Position numbers and translations under genes: made by a program. A model generated the notes under the pieces. The model did not search any database. It was not told the origin of the DNA and saw nothing but the letters and a program-made list of their open reading frames with translations. Shown here in pieces: positions 1 through 9,946 of a DNA stretch of 64,000 nt. The stretch covers positions 32,618 through 96,617 of the IMG/VR virus record IMGVR_UViG_3300048854_000232; one strand, given 5' to 3'. The first letter of the stretch is position 1, and every line of letters begins with the position of its first letter. The stretch comes from a virus.

Positions 1-426
1 GTGAAGATCCCGCACAACAACGATCGGTCCTACGAACATCTCACCATTAACTACGAGTCGGGTAAGAACGAGGAGCCGGCCAAACCAACGCCCTCTCCCT
101 CGAAACCGAAGCTTACTGTGGCGCCGGCGGATAGCGTACCTCAGCAAAGTACGCTGGCGGGCTCTGACTCGATCACCTGCGGGCTGTACAACATGCCCAA
201 GCGGCAACCGACCCCGGCGATGCCGGAGTTCACCGATGCCGAAGCCAAAGACCCGGAAAAGATCAACGACAAGCTGGGCGATTACATCATCGCCTTGCGT
301 AACTATCTGCGGGAACGGTCCAAGGAAGACGACGAGGCCTACCAGGAATACCGCAAGTCGTGCAAGGATCAGAACAACGCTGACAAAGTCCCTTCCGGGG
401 TTCCCCCGGCCGTTTCCTTCCCTTAA
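1..426 (+). CDS. Hypothetical Pro-rich protein, probably 5'-truncated by the window edge (weak spanin-like appearance)
   Basis: Open frame from base 1 to TAA at 424-426; Pro-rich linker, two Cys and a C-terminal helical segment. Confidence 0.6.
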   Translation: MKIPHNNDRSYEHLTINYESGKNEEPAKPTPSPSKPKLTVAPADSVPQQSTLAGSDSITCGLYNMPKRQPTPAMPEFTDAEAKDPEKINDKLGDYIIALRNYLRERSKEDDEAYQEYRKSCKDQNNADKVPSGVPPAVSFP

Positions 427-456
427 CGTAATTCCGTACCGGCCACCGTTATGTAA

Positions 457-1986
457 GTGACTGAATCAGGAAGTTACGAGAATCCCATGGCCGCAGAAAC
501 CAAAGGCAAGCCGCTGCACGCGGTACTCTATACCGACGGCGGTTGCCGCTCGAACGACAAAGCCATCGCCGCTTCGCGCGGCGTGGGTGGCTGGGGTATC
601 CACGGGTACCTGTATTACGACGAGCCAGCGAAAGTCGGTTCCGGGTGCAAGAGCGCGCGGCCGACCAACAAGGGCTATATCGCTGGGGAATCGGGTAAGA
701 CCGACATCACCCTGGTCTCCTACGTGGATGGCTTCGGTGCGCTGCTACCGGATTCGACCAACAACATCGCCGAGCTGGTGGCGGCGATTCGTGCCTTGGA
801 GGTGTGCGTCCAGCAGGGGGTGAACAAACTCCTGTTCGTCATGGACAGCGAGTATGTCCTGCACGGGATCACCAAAGGCTGGGCCGTGGCCTGGGAAGCG
901 GCTAACTGGAGGAAGCCGGATGGTTCCTTCCGGGCGAACGCTGACTACTGGAAGACGCTTCTGGGGTTGCTGCGTGCGTTGCAGGCGGACAACTGCGTGA
1001 TCGAGTATCAGTGGGTCAAGGGGCATGATCCCAAACGTCGCTACCTCGGCAACGAGCTGGCCGATGCCCACGCCACCCGTGCTGTGATCGCTGGTTTCAA
1101 TGGCCACGCGGAGGAGACCCTGAAGGTGTCCGATGCCAAGGGTTACTGGAACACCAAGTCCGATCGCTCGCGGCTGTTCTCTCATCCGAACTGGTACTTC
1201 GCCACCCAAGGGGGTGCGGACTCACGCACGGCCGATGGTCGGTACATCTACTATCTGGGCGACCCGCGTGAAGACGGTGACCTGTTCGGCAAGAAGATCC
1301 CCAACGCGACCTTCTCGATCCTGTACCTGAAGGATCCCGAGCCCGTACTGGAAGTGGTGCGTGGTGCGGTGGAGAAGCTGGGCATGCACCAGTACCAGGG
1401 ACTGATCTTCGGTCATCTGGATAAGATCTTCCTACCGGCCACCTACACCGAGCTCTTGGAGTACGGTCATTCGCTGTTGATCTTGGATCGGAAGAAGCAG
1501 CGCTTGCAGCTGTCCGACAAGACGGTCATTGCCGAAGAGAAGTCGCCGGCACGCCTTTCCTACAACGCGATCGAAGCGCTGCAGTCGCTGGAAGTCATTC
1601 TGCAGGAATACCTCTCAGCCAGCGATGGCAGTCGGGTACGACATACGGATTTGACTGACTTACTTTATGAGAGTGAAGCGGGCAAAAAGAAGCCTACGAT
1701 GAAGCTCAAGGCCGACATTACCTCGACGCTACGGTCGATGGAAGTCTCGGCCAATCATGCATCCGACGACAGGGGTACGGATGTCACGAAGCTCATCTTA
1801 ACGCTCGGGCAGGACACGCCCGACCGCAACACTCTCGCGGCACTCGCGGATACCGGCGTCAAAGTCACGCTACTTACGTGGCCTGAATCGACGCACGCCA
1901 TCCGTTTCGCCACGGTGATCGAATCCGACGGCAACGTTGGCATTTGGTCGGGCATTTACGCCAACCTTCACATGTTGGTACGCTAA
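457..1986 (+). CDS. rnhA: Ribonuclease HI with long C-terminal extension (phiKZ gp155-like)
   Basis: RNase HI acidic motifs YTDGGC, NNIAELVA, VMDSEY, WVKGH and GNELADAHA; lies near uvsX as in phiKZ-like phages. Confidence 0.92.
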   Translation: MTESGSYENPMAAETKGKPLHAVLYTDGGCRSNDKAIAASRGVGGWGIHGYLYYDEPAKVGSGCKSARPTNKGYIAGESGKTDITLVSYVDGFGALLPDSTNNIAELVAAIRALEVCVQQGVNKLLFVMDSEYVLHGITKGWAVAWEAANWRKPDGSFRANADYWKTLLGLLRALQADNCVIEYQWVKGHDPKRRYLGNELADAHATRAVIAGFNGHAEETLKVSDAKGYWNTKSDRSRLFSHPNWYFATQGGADSRTADGRYIYYLGDPREDGDLFGKKIPNATFSILYLKDPEPVLEVVRGAVEKLGMHQYQGLIFGHLDKIFLPATYTELLEYGHSLLILDRKKQRLQLSDKTVIAEEKSPARLSYNAIEALQSLEVILQEYLSASDGSRVRHTDLTDLLYESEAGKKKPTMKLKADITSTLRSMEVSANHASDDRGTDVTKLILTLGQDTPDRNTLAALADTGVKVTLLTWPESTHAIRFATVIESDGNVGIWSGIYANLHMLVR

Positions 1987-2004
1987 ACCCCCTGAGGCAC
2001 ATCC

Positions 2005-2451
2005 ATGTACACCCATGCGAGTCAACACAGCGACCAACGACGGGCTCCCGGTCCGATCCTGCGTCGCCTGTTGTCCTGGGTGATTTCCTGGTCGCGTCAT
2101 GGCAAGCGGGTCTTCTTCATCACGAGCCTATACTCACACATCGTCCGTATCGATTCACTGCGCGCAGAAGCGATCAGTAAGTTGAACGAGATCATGGGTC
2201 TGGCTCGTCGTGAGACTGCACTCCACTTGCCCATGGCCTATCACGAGGTCGTCTGGCACAACACCGGCATCGATAAGGTGCTGAGCGAGGAGTTGCTCAA
2301 TAAGGATATCAGCGAAGAGCAAGCCTTGGAGCTATCCAAGCGCGTAGTCAAGCTGACACCCCGCTGGATCAAGTACGGGCGGGAAAACGACATGGTCAAC
2401 GATGTTTTCGACCTGATCCGTAACGGAAGTCTTCTGGCCGCTGCGGCTTGA
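2005..2451 (+). CDS. Hypothetical protein
   Basis: 148 aa ORF following rnh, ends before a bidirectional terminator. Confidence 0.75.
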   Translation: MYTHASQHSDQRRAPGPILRRLLSWVISWSRHGKRVFFITSLYSHIVRIDSLRAEAISKLNEIMGLARRETALHLPMAYHEVVWHNTGIDKVLSEELLNKDISEEQALELSKRVVKLTPRWIKYGRENDMVNDVFDLIRNGSLLAAAA

Positions 2452-2479
2452 ACGACGGTGAATGCATGAAGCAAGCATA

Positions 2480-2508
2480 AGAGCCCCTCCCAATCCGGGA
2501 GGGGCTCT
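2480..2508. terminator. Bidirectional intrinsic terminator
   Basis: AGAGCCCCTCCC-aatcc-GGGAGGGGCTCT between convergent genes. Confidence 0.8.
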
Positions 2509-2525
2509 ATGTATGCCGTCGAGGC

Positions 2526-3359
2526 TTACTTGCCCTGCTGGGCCAGGGCGTCGTTGAGGCGCTTGATGGTGGCATTCAAGGCGTGAGCGAACTCGCCCGT
2601 GCGGTAACGGACCAGGCCATAGAACTCGATCTCACGGGCCACAGCGAAGGCGGTGTTGGAAATCGAAGTGATCACGGCGCTGGAGAGCTGGTAGGTTTCC
2701 GGCTCCTCGGCAATGCGCTTCATGAGCAGGTCGAGCAGATCGGAGACCTTGGCCACCTGCTGCTGGATCAGGGCATCGTCGTCCTTCAGGAAGATCGCCT
2801 GGATCTTGTCCGAGGTAACCATGACTTCCGTCCAGTCGGCGTTGCGCTTCAGAGCCTTGCCGTAGGTGACCAAACCATCGTCCGACTTCTCATCGAAGCA
2901 GCCGATCAGTTCCTTCATGCGGGCTTCGTAGGGACGCTTCTTGTAGCCTTCGATTTCCAGCGAGGGACGCAGGCTGTTCAGCGAGGAGGGATCGGAGACC
3001 TTGCCGGCGAGCCAGCGGGTGAACGGATCGAGCACTTCGACACGGAAGGTGCTGGCGAACTCGGCGGACTTCAGCAGGACCTGGGCATAGCGTGCGAAGT
3101 CGGTCTTCAGACCCGGCGGCACGACCACTTCCACATCGCGCAGGTCGACGTAGGAGACCGGCTGGATACGACGGGCGAACGCAGCCAAGGCCGGACGGGA
3201 GAAGAGCGCACGGACCGGCTCAGCCAGGTTCTTCACGAAGAAGGCTTTGGCGTCGTTGAGGTATTTGGGCAGACGCGAGAGCGCCTGGGCAGAGGATGCG
3301 GATCCACCAGCAGCTTCCTGGGAGATCACATCGTTCTGTTCTTGCAGTTGGTCCAACAT
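2526..3359 (-). CDS. Hypothetical protein (277 aa, possibly virion-associated)
   Basis: ATG at 3359 with GGAG upstream; strong phage codon bias. The ORF-track extension to 3467 is unlikely. Confidence 0.75.
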   Translation of the reverse strand: MLDQLQEQNDVISQEAAGGSASSAQALSRLPKYLNDAKAFFVKNLAEPVRALFSRPALAAFARRIQPVSYVDLRDVEVVVPPGLKTDFARYAQVLLKSAEFASTFRVEVLDPFTRWLAGKVSDPSSLNSLRPSLEIEGYKKRPYEARMKELIGCFDEKSDDGLVTYGKALKRNADWTEVMVTSDKIQAIFLKDDDALIQQQVAKVSDLLDLLMKRIAEEPETYQLSSAVITSISNTAFAVAREIEFYGLVRYRTGEFAHALNATIKRLNDALAQQGK

Positions 3360-3498
3360 AGTGCTAGCTCCCGTGGATAGCGCGAATAGGGGGTGAGGGG
3401 TCTCATAGTGATAACGATTAGTTGCTGTGGATTTTAACAGCGCGGCGCGATGTTGTGTCCTGGGCAATCGTGCTCAGTAATCACCAAGGAGTTCGTCC

Positions 3499-4425
3499 GT
3501 GACCGATCAGCCGCTCACCCCTGTCGCCACCTTCAGCACCCCGGGCCGTCTGGCCGTGATGGAAGCGCATCTGCAGCTTCTGCTCACCACCGTCAAGAAT
3601 GCCGTCGCCAACCTCGTCGGTACCGTCGAAGGCATCCACCCGCTGGCCATCATCCAGGCCCAGATCGATGTCTTCCAGGGCCATCTCAACGATGTGGCCG
3701 CCAACGTCACCACCTCGGTCGATCACCAGATCGAAGAGAAGATCGCCGCCGCCACGGCCACCAACGGCCAGAGCCTCATCGACAAGGCCACGTCCAAGCT
3801 CGATGACCTGACCCAGGACATCGCCAAGGGCGAGACCGCCATCACCGGTGCTGTCCAGACCGGCCTGGACACCGTCCAGCACGCCTCCGATACGCTGACC
3901 AACACCCTGGGTACGATCACCTCGACCGTCGCCCAGACCACGGTTGCCGCGGGCACCGCACTGAACGCCGGCGAATCGGCTGTCAAGTCCGCCGAGACCG
4001 CAGCAGCCGAAGGCCTGACGACCATCGCTTCCACGACGGCGGCTGTCGTCGAGACCACGCAGGCTGCCGCTGCTTCGGCCGCCGATGTCAGCAGTGCCCA
4101 TGAAGCCCTCGACATCGTCACCGCCGGCTTCATGCAGACCGGTGCTCCGGTGGCAACCGAGACGACCACGACGACCCAGGTCGCTACGGAAAGCTACGAC
4201 GACGCGCCCCATGCCGCCAGCGAAGGTGATGCCGCCACGGACGACATCGTCTCCGGCCTGCCCGGCGATGCCGGTGCCACGGTGCACACCACCGAGACCG
4301 ACGTGAACGGCAACCAGTCGATTGATACCGATGCCGGCGCGCCGGCCGAAGTCGCCGAGGCGAACACGGCAGCTCCGGGTGAAGTCGCGACCGACGTGAA
4401 AGAAGACGACAAGCCGGCGGTCTAA
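3499..4425 (+). CDS. Ala/Thr-rich acidic low-complexity protein
   Basis: AAGGAG before GTG at 3499; very strong codon bias; followed by a terminator. Confidence 0.85.
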   Translation: MTDQPLTPVATFSTPGRLAVMEAHLQLLLTTVKNAVANLVGTVEGIHPLAIIQAQIDVFQGHLNDVAANVTTSVDHQIEEKIAAATATNGQSLIDKATSKLDDLTQDIAKGETAITGAVQTGLDTVQHASDTLTNTLGTITSTVAQTTVAAGTALNAGESAVKSAETAAAEGLTTIASTTAAVVETTQAAAASAADVSSAHEALDIVTAGFMQTGAPVATETTTTTQVATESYDDAPHAASEGDAATDDIVSGLPGDAGATVHTTETDVNGNQSIDTDAGAPAEVAEANTAAPGEVATDVKEDDKPAV

Positions 4426-4449
4426 GACCCCAGCACCTGTGCCTGAGTC

Positions 4450-4469
4450 AGAGGACCTTCGGGTCCTCT
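4450..4469 (+). terminator. Intrinsic terminator with UUCG loop
   Basis: AGAGGACC-TTCG-GGTCCTCT followed by ggctttatgcc. Confidence 0.8.
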
Positions 4470-4562
4470 GGCTTTATGCCGTTACTCTTTTTAAGTGAAA
4501 ATAAACACAGGGCAAATATGGTTTGTGAAATCCACCCCCATCACTTATAAGAGGCAAGGAAG

Positions 4563-5510
4563 ATGTTCGAACCGAAAACCTTCTGGGACCAGCGCTCGGC
4601 GCTGAACGAATCGTTGATCATGCACCTGCTGGACATCGTCGGTGCGGCTGATCCGGACATGCACAACCAGATCTCGGCACGCTGGATGGGTCAGCAATCG
4701 CAGCTGAAGAACTTCGAAGTGCGCCGTATCCTCGGTGCGCCGGGTGTGATCGATGGCACCACGGTCGCCGACGAGGACTGGATCAACGAGCTGCTCCAGC
4801 AGAACCTCGGTAAGGAGTACTTCTCCGGCGTTGACACCTTCGAAGCCCCAGCCGATGCGATCGGTCAGGACAGCGAAGCCTACGTCTCGTGGCTGGCCAA
4901 CCTGCCGGACTTCCACCAGAACCTCAGCGCCGATATCGCGCCGGGCTTCTACCGCGAGCAGGCCGGTGACTCGGTCGGTGTGCTGCTGGTCTTCGTGGCC
5001 AATGACATGCTCTACGCCATCGCGGCGGCAGCCTACCTCAACATCCAGCAGATCTCGCTCAAGCATCTGCCGGAAGTGTTCAGCTGGCGGAACGGTTACT
5101 TCCGCAGCGAGTTCTTCGACTACCGCAACGATCTGACCCGTGATGAGGTCGTCTACGCCCTGGGCCGCGCGCTCTACAGCGAAGGCTTCAACACCACGCT
5201 GGTCCACGGTCTCACGACCGAGGCCATGGTGAAGGCCGAACGCCAGCTGCTCGAACTGGACGTACCCACGGTCAAGCCGACGATCAAGGAAGCGGCGCTC
5301 GTGGTCGTTGAGCAGAAGCCCGAAGAACTCGACGGGACCAAGGCAGCCAACGACGATGTCGGTGAAGTCGATCTGCCCTGGGAAGCCGGTGAAGATGTCA
5401 CGCCAGCCGAAACGACCACGACGGCCCGGGGCATGAACGTGCCCTATGTCCACATCGACGATCCGGTCTTTACCGAGGTCACGAACGATAACCCGGAGCA
5501 GCCTGCTTAA
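4563..5510 (+). CDS. Hypothetical protein with acidic C-terminal tail
   Basis: 315 aa, AAGGAAG RBS, typical codon usage. Confidence 0.85.
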   Translation: MFEPKTFWDQRSALNESLIMHLLDIVGAADPDMHNQISARWMGQQSQLKNFEVRRILGAPGVIDGTTVADEDWINELLQQNLGKEYFSGVDTFEAPADAIGQDSEAYVSWLANLPDFHQNLSADIAPGFYREQAGDSVGVLLVFVANDMLYAIAAAAYLNIQQISLKHLPEVFSWRNGYFRSEFFDYRNDLTRDEVVYALGRALYSEGFNTTLVHGLTTEAMVKAERQLLELDVPTVKPTIKEAALVVVEQKPEELDGTKAANDDVGEVDLPWEAGEDVTPAETTTTARGMNVPYVHIDDPVFTEVTNDNPEQPA

Positions 5511-5542
5511 GGCTGCTCCACCAGACAACAAGAAGGGCTATC

Positions 5543-7060
5543 ATGCTCAGCGAGTTTTTCCAACCGGCGCCGCGTGTGCGCCCCTTCCTCAATTGCGGCT
5601 GCCTGTTCGATATTCCCACCGGTCGCTACCTGAAGGGTAAGCACGGCGAGTACATCCTGAACGGCGGTCTGTCGTATATCACCGGTATCGGTGGCCGCGG
5701 CAACATGTTCAAGTCGGTCATCGCCAACTTCATGATCCTGCGCCCTATGGACCGGCTCCAGCGCACCATGGGGCAGTTCCACGACACCGAGACCTCACTC
5801 ACGGCCAACCGTGTCTACCAGCTGGCCCAGCACATGCCCAACATCGGCGGCGTGGACCTGGAGTCCGAAGGACGCCTGTTGGTCTCGGACAACACCTCGA
5901 TGTCCGGCAACGAGTGGTTCGACAAGACCCGCGACATGGGTCTGGCCAAGGCCAAGGACTACAAGAAGTACACGATGACCACGCCGTTCATCGATGAGAA
6001 GACCGGCAAGTTCATCGAAACGTTGATCCCGACCTTCTCGCTGTGCGATTCGTTCTCGATGATGGTCACCGACTCCGTCGAGAAGATCTACGACGAGAAC
6101 CAGATCGGCGACTCCGGCGCCAACACCGACTCCATGCGTTTGTCCGCCGCCAAGTCGCAGATGCTCATGCAGCTGCCCTCGGTCACGGGCAAGGCCAACA
6201 TCTACATGGTGTTGACCGCGCACGTGGGTGATGACATCCCGCTCGACCCGAAGGCGCCGCCGGCCCGCAAGCTGACCTTCCTGAAGGGTAAGGCCAAGTT
6301 CAAGCACGTGCCCGAGAAGTTCACGTTCCTGACCAACAACCTGTGGTACGCCACTGCGTCGGCCCCGCTGATCAACGACGGCACCAAGGCGCCGGAGTTC
6401 CCGCGTAACACCGACGATAACCTGAAGGGTGATACCGATCTCATGATCATCACCTTGCAGAACCTGCGTGCGAAGAACGGACCGACGGGCATGCCCTTCC
6501 AGGTCATCGTCTCCCAGCGCGAAGGTGTCCAGGTTGGTCTGACCGAGTTCTTCTATATCCGTTCGTTCGATCGTTACGGGTTGGAAGGCAACGTGCAGAA
6601 CTACCAGCTGGCTCTGGTGCCGGACGTCAACCTGTCCCGCACCACCGTTCGTGGCAAGATCGAAACCAACGTCAAGCTTCAGCGTGCGTTGGAGATCATG
6701 TCCGAGATGTGCCAGATGGACCAGATCGGCTTCCAGGCCGAGGGCATGACCGAAGAAGCCAGCCGCAAGCTCATCTGCACGCCCAAGCAGCTGTACGATG
6801 ATCTGAAGGCCAAGGGCTACGACTGGGACCGTCTGCTCGATACCCGCGGTTACTGGGTGTTCGAAGAAGACGCGGGCGGCGAGAAGCCGTTTCTGTCCAC
6901 GCTGGATCTGCTGCGCATGCGCGTGGACGAATACCGGCCGTGGTGGTACGACGGCGACGACTCGGCAACGGTCGTTAAGAAGGGCCTGGCCAAGGCCATC
7001 AAGAAAGCAGGCACGGCCGAAGAAGAAGCCCTGCTGAAAGAACTCACCACCACCAAGTGA
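5543..7060 (+). CDS. uvsX: UvsX/RecA-like recombinase (phiKZ gp152-like)
   Basis: Walker A variant GRGNMFKS, FHDTE motif, Walker B region LCDSFS; ~500 aa and synteny with RNase H and the RNAP fragment. Confidence 0.85.
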   Translation: MLSEFFQPAPRVRPFLNCGCLFDIPTGRYLKGKHGEYILNGGLSYITGIGGRGNMFKSVIANFMILRPMDRLQRTMGQFHDTETSLTANRVYQLAQHMPNIGGVDLESEGRLLVSDNTSMSGNEWFDKTRDMGLAKAKDYKKYTMTTPFIDEKTGKFIETLIPTFSLCDSFSMMVTDSVEKIYDENQIGDSGANTDSMRLSAAKSQMLMQLPSVTGKANIYMVLTAHVGDDIPLDPKAPPARKLTFLKGKAKFKHVPEKFTFLTNNLWYATASAPLINDGTKAPEFPRNTDDNLKGDTDLMIITLQNLRAKNGPTGMPFQVIVSQREGVQVGLTEFFYIRSFDRYGLEGNVQNYQLALVPDVNLSRTTVRGKIETNVKLQRALEIMSEMCQMDQIGFQAEGMTEEASRKLICTPKQLYDDLKAKGYDWDRLLDTRGYWVFEEDAGGEKPFLSTLDLLRMRVDEYRPWWYDGDDSATVVKKGLAKAIKKAGTAEEEALLKELTTTK

Positions 7061-7067
7061 GAACCGC

Positions 7068-7460
7068 ATGATCCGGTACAAGGCATTGGAAGGTGTCCCT
7101 TTGTGCCAGCGTCACGTGGACCCGGTGAAGGTCCGCTACGCCATCCCTCGGAACAGTGAAGGACGTGTAGTGGACCTATCCGTGGCTAATCGTGTGGATG
7201 TGTACGCCTTGGAAACGCCAAGCTGGTGTCTACGAGGCAGTACCTGGCCGTCCCCTGGCCAGCGCTTAATCCTTCCCGTGTCCGATCAGGACTGGGATCA
7301 GCATGGACTGGTGCAGTACCACGGAGCGTTCGCGCTCATGCGGGACTTTGCCACCGCTGAACAGATCAAGGCGCAGGTCGAAGGGCGGATGACTCGATTA
7401 GTGCGCGGCTCCTGGTCCGTGTTCCACGGCGCAGGCGGTATACGTTTGAACCCCCTGTAG
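7068..7460 (+). CDS. Hypothetical protein
   Basis: 130 aa ORF directly after uvsX. Confidence 0.65.
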   Translation: MIRYKALEGVPLCQRHVDPVKVRYAIPRNSEGRVVDLSVANRVDVYALETPSWCLRGSTWPSPGQRLILPVSDQDWDQHGLVQYHGAFALMRDFATAEQIKAQVEGRMTRLVRGSWSVFHGAGGIRLNPL

Positions 7461-7504
7461 TGCCCTCATTGTGAGGGTACTACCCTTACCACGAGTGTGC
7501 CATC

Positions 7505-7825
7505 ATGAACAACCAGTGTATTCCGCGCGGGGTCGTCTCCCTGGCGATCTACAGCGCACTGGCCTCGCACGATCCCCAGGCCGCCCAGGCTTGGAACGAG
7601 CAGTACCAGGAACCTCAAGACCAGACCATCACCGGCCAGATCCAGTCCGCCAACCGTTTCTGGCGCTGCCTGTTGGGCCAGCTGCCGATCTCCACCGTTT
7701 CGGTCCGCGACTACCTCATCGACCAGATCGAGCTCCAAGACTGGCTACGCCTGTTCGCCACCCAAGTGCTCCCGGTGGCTCTGGCCTTCTCCGTCCCCCG
7801 TTCTGCTGCGTTATGCGCCGCATGA
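7505..7825 (+). CDS. Hypothetical protein
   Basis: 106 aa, phage codon bias, followed by hairpin CGTACCGAC-tcg-GTCGGTACG and T-rich run. Confidence 0.7.
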   Translation: MNNQCIPRGVVSLAIYSALASHDPQAAQAWNEQYQEPQDQTITGQIQSANRFWRCLLGQLPISTVSVRDYLIDQIELQDWLRLFATQVLPVALAFSVPRSAALCAA

Positions 7826-7915
7826 GCTTGATACGATGCCCGCGTACCGACTCGGTCGGTACGTCGGCTCGTTTTTGTGCGTTTTCATATGTAGACAAAC
7901 CGCACAGGACCTCCC

Positions 7916-8590
7916 ATGATCGGCAACCGTAAAGCGGCCGAGGCCGAAGCGTTGAAGTGGATCGGCATGTTGTTGCCGGGCAGCTCCAACGTGGACATTT
8001 ACAAGCAGCGCTTTGCTGCGATGTCGGATGAGGCCTTCGAGGCCTACATCCAGCAACTGGATTCGGACGAAGAGATCCTAAGTCTCATCGCCCCCAATCT
8101 GGACGACCTGAACCTGACGATCGAGAACAACCTGGCCGTGGCTGAGAAGCTGGGTCACACGTTCTTTGAGCGCTGCTGGTTGACCGATCCCAAAACCGGT
8201 GTGGAATACCTGACTCCGATCAAGTACCTCATCGTGGATCTGTCCCTACGCCGTCAGCAGCAGTTGCTACAGAAGAAGATCTCCATCCCGGACAACAACC
8301 GGCACGTGGATGAACTGACCGGTCAGCCCACCGGCGACAGTCAGGGCTCCAAGCTGTCCTTCCCCGAGACCCAGGTGCTCTATGCCCAGGGCTTGGACCG
8401 TGCGCTGGAGGAACTCCTGAAGTTCCGCGGCGGTGACACCAAGGCCTTCCAGGCGATGAACCGTTCGATCATTGACACCGGTGGCGTCAGCCTCGATGCG
8501 ATCAAGCGTGTGCGTACCAAGGTCAAGTCCACCGAAACCCTCAGCACGTTCTTGAGCTCTATGCATCTTTCGAATAATGTCGCCGATTAA
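7916..8590 (+). CDS. rpoB: Virion RNA polymerase beta subunit, C-terminal fragment (phiKZ gp149-like)
   Basis: GSKLSFPETQVLYAQGLDRALEELLKFRGGD resembles the RpoB C-terminal GQRFGEMEVWALEAYG..LQEMLTVKSDD block; 224 aa matches the split beta C-fragment. Confidence 0.85.
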   Translation: MIGNRKAAEAEALKWIGMLLPGSSNVDIYKQRFAAMSDEAFEAYIQQLDSDEEILSLIAPNLDDLNLTIENNLAVAEKLGHTFFERCWLTDPKTGVEYLTPIKYLIVDLSLRRQQQLLQKKISIPDNNRHVDELTGQPTGDSQGSKLSFPETQVLYAQGLDRALEELLKFRGGDTKAFQAMNRSIIDTGGVSLDAIKRVRTKVKSTETLSTFLSSMHLSNNVAD

Positions 8591-8608
8591 TCGGCCCCAA
8601 GGTAACTC

Positions 8609-9127
8609 ATGACAACCCCCACTCTGCCGGTGTTCTTGATGGACTACGTGTACGACGTGGTCCAGGAAGCCTGCCTGCGCAACATCCTGCACCCGCTGAA
8701 CGGCGAGATCATTCCGGAAGTCCTGGAATTCGTGATCGCCTCGGCCCGGGTGAACCGCTACGAGCTGGTTCGCACACCCGAACAGCTGCACCGGCTCTGG
8801 GATGACATCCGTGCTAAGCAGGAAGTGGTCGATTTCATCCTGAACCTGACGATCGACGTGCGCCTGCGGTTGGATTCGGGTCCGCTGCCCTGGGATGAGC
8901 TCGTCACCCGGCTCCTGACGAGCTACACGCAATTCCGAGGCACGCATTCGGGGATTGATGAGGTGCTGGTCGAACGGCTTCCCTCGCTCGTCAAGGGCGG
9001 TGTCAGACAACCCGCCTCGATCGCCTCGATCAACGACCTGTACACCGACAATCCGTGGTTCGTCATGATGGTGCTGATGCATCATGCAGGCGTCGCGCGG
9101 CGGGTGGCTACGCAAGCCAACAAGTAA
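8609..9127 (+). CDS. Hypothetical protein
   Basis: 172 aa, AAGG RBS, ends at a terminator. Confidence 0.8.
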   Translation: MTTPTLPVFLMDYVYDVVQEACLRNILHPLNGEIIPEVLEFVIASARVNRYELVRTPEQLHRLWDDIRAKQEVVDFILNLTIDVRLRLDSGPLPWDELVTRLLTSYTQFRGTHSGIDEVLVERLPSLVKGGVRQPASIASINDLYTDNPWFVMMVLMHHAGVARRVATQANK

Positions 9128-9129
9128 AC

Positions 9130-9175
9130 GGCATAAAGCCCCTCCCACCCGTAAAGGTGGGAGGGGCTTTATGCC
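9130..9175. terminator. Bidirectional terminator, perfect 20-bp inverted repeat
   Basis: GGCATAAAGCCCCTCCCACC-cgtaaa-GGTGGGAGGGGCTTTATGCC between convergent genes. Confidence 0.9.
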
Positions 9176-9880
9176 TTATAGCCGTATGATCGAGTACAGT
9201 TCGGCCGGAACGAGCTCCAAGGAGATCATTTCCGAGAACAGCACGCCAATCACCGAGAAGGGTGAGATAAATGGCATGCCTTCGACCTGGACTTCTGACG
9301 GATCGGGAATGCGGTCACGGAACAAGGCCGGGGCCGTCACGACCAACCGGGGAATCGGGGTGCTCTGGAAGGCCAGTGCGTGGAATTCCATCCATTCCCG
9401 GAAGTCGTAGAGGACCAGACCGGTGTAGGTGGACTTACACAGGGCCGGGGTCAGCTCCTGTAGCGGGATGCTGACGATCTTGGCCTTTGCTTCCACGCCA
9501 ATGCGCGCCATGATCGTGGTCAGGAGCACTTCTTGCTCCTCCACGTCCAGATCGTAAGGCGCAATGTTGATGTGCACCTCCACGTCCTCGACATGGGGGG
9601 TGTCCCGGGCCTCCGCTTCGAGCTTTCGGACCCAGGTATCCACGAACACGTTCATGGGCGTCAGGCGGGAGCCCTTCAAGGTCTCCACGTCGCGGGCTTG
9701 ATAGGCTTCGTCGGTCTGGGCTTTGGTCAAACCCGTGAGTGTTTCGAAGTCATCGATCTGGCGACGGTAGTAGGCCTCGCTTTTGACCAGGGTCACCGCT
9801 GCGGCTGGGTCCAGCTTGGCAATCGAGGGCAGGCGGGTGTCCAACAGGGCGTCCAACTGGACAAGAAGGGTGTGTTTCAT
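9176..9880 (-). CDS. Hypothetical protein
   Basis: 234 aa; begins with LLVQLDALLDTRL; typical codon usage. Confidence 0.8.
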   Translation of the reverse strand: MKHTLLVQLDALLDTRLPSIAKLDPAAAVTLVKSEAYYRRQIDDFETLTGLTKAQTDEAYQARDVETLKGSRLTPMNVFVDTWVRKLEAEARDTPHVEDVEVHINIAPYDLDVEEQEVLLTTIMARIGVEAKAKIVSIPLQELTPALCKSTYTGLVLYDFREWMEFHALAFQSTPIPRLVVTAPALFRDRIPDPSEVQVEGMPFISPFSVIGVLFSEMISLELVPAELYSIIRL

Positions 9881-9946
9881 AGAGAACCCGTAAGGTTTTA
9901 CGTGCCTGCGTGTAAGTTTTCCTAGCGCAGGGCGATATTATGCCAA

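Noticed and set aside
2430-2451. C-terminal LLAAAA resembling an ssrA/ClpX degron
   Set aside because: Single short match in an Ala-rich proteome, with no supporting evidence.
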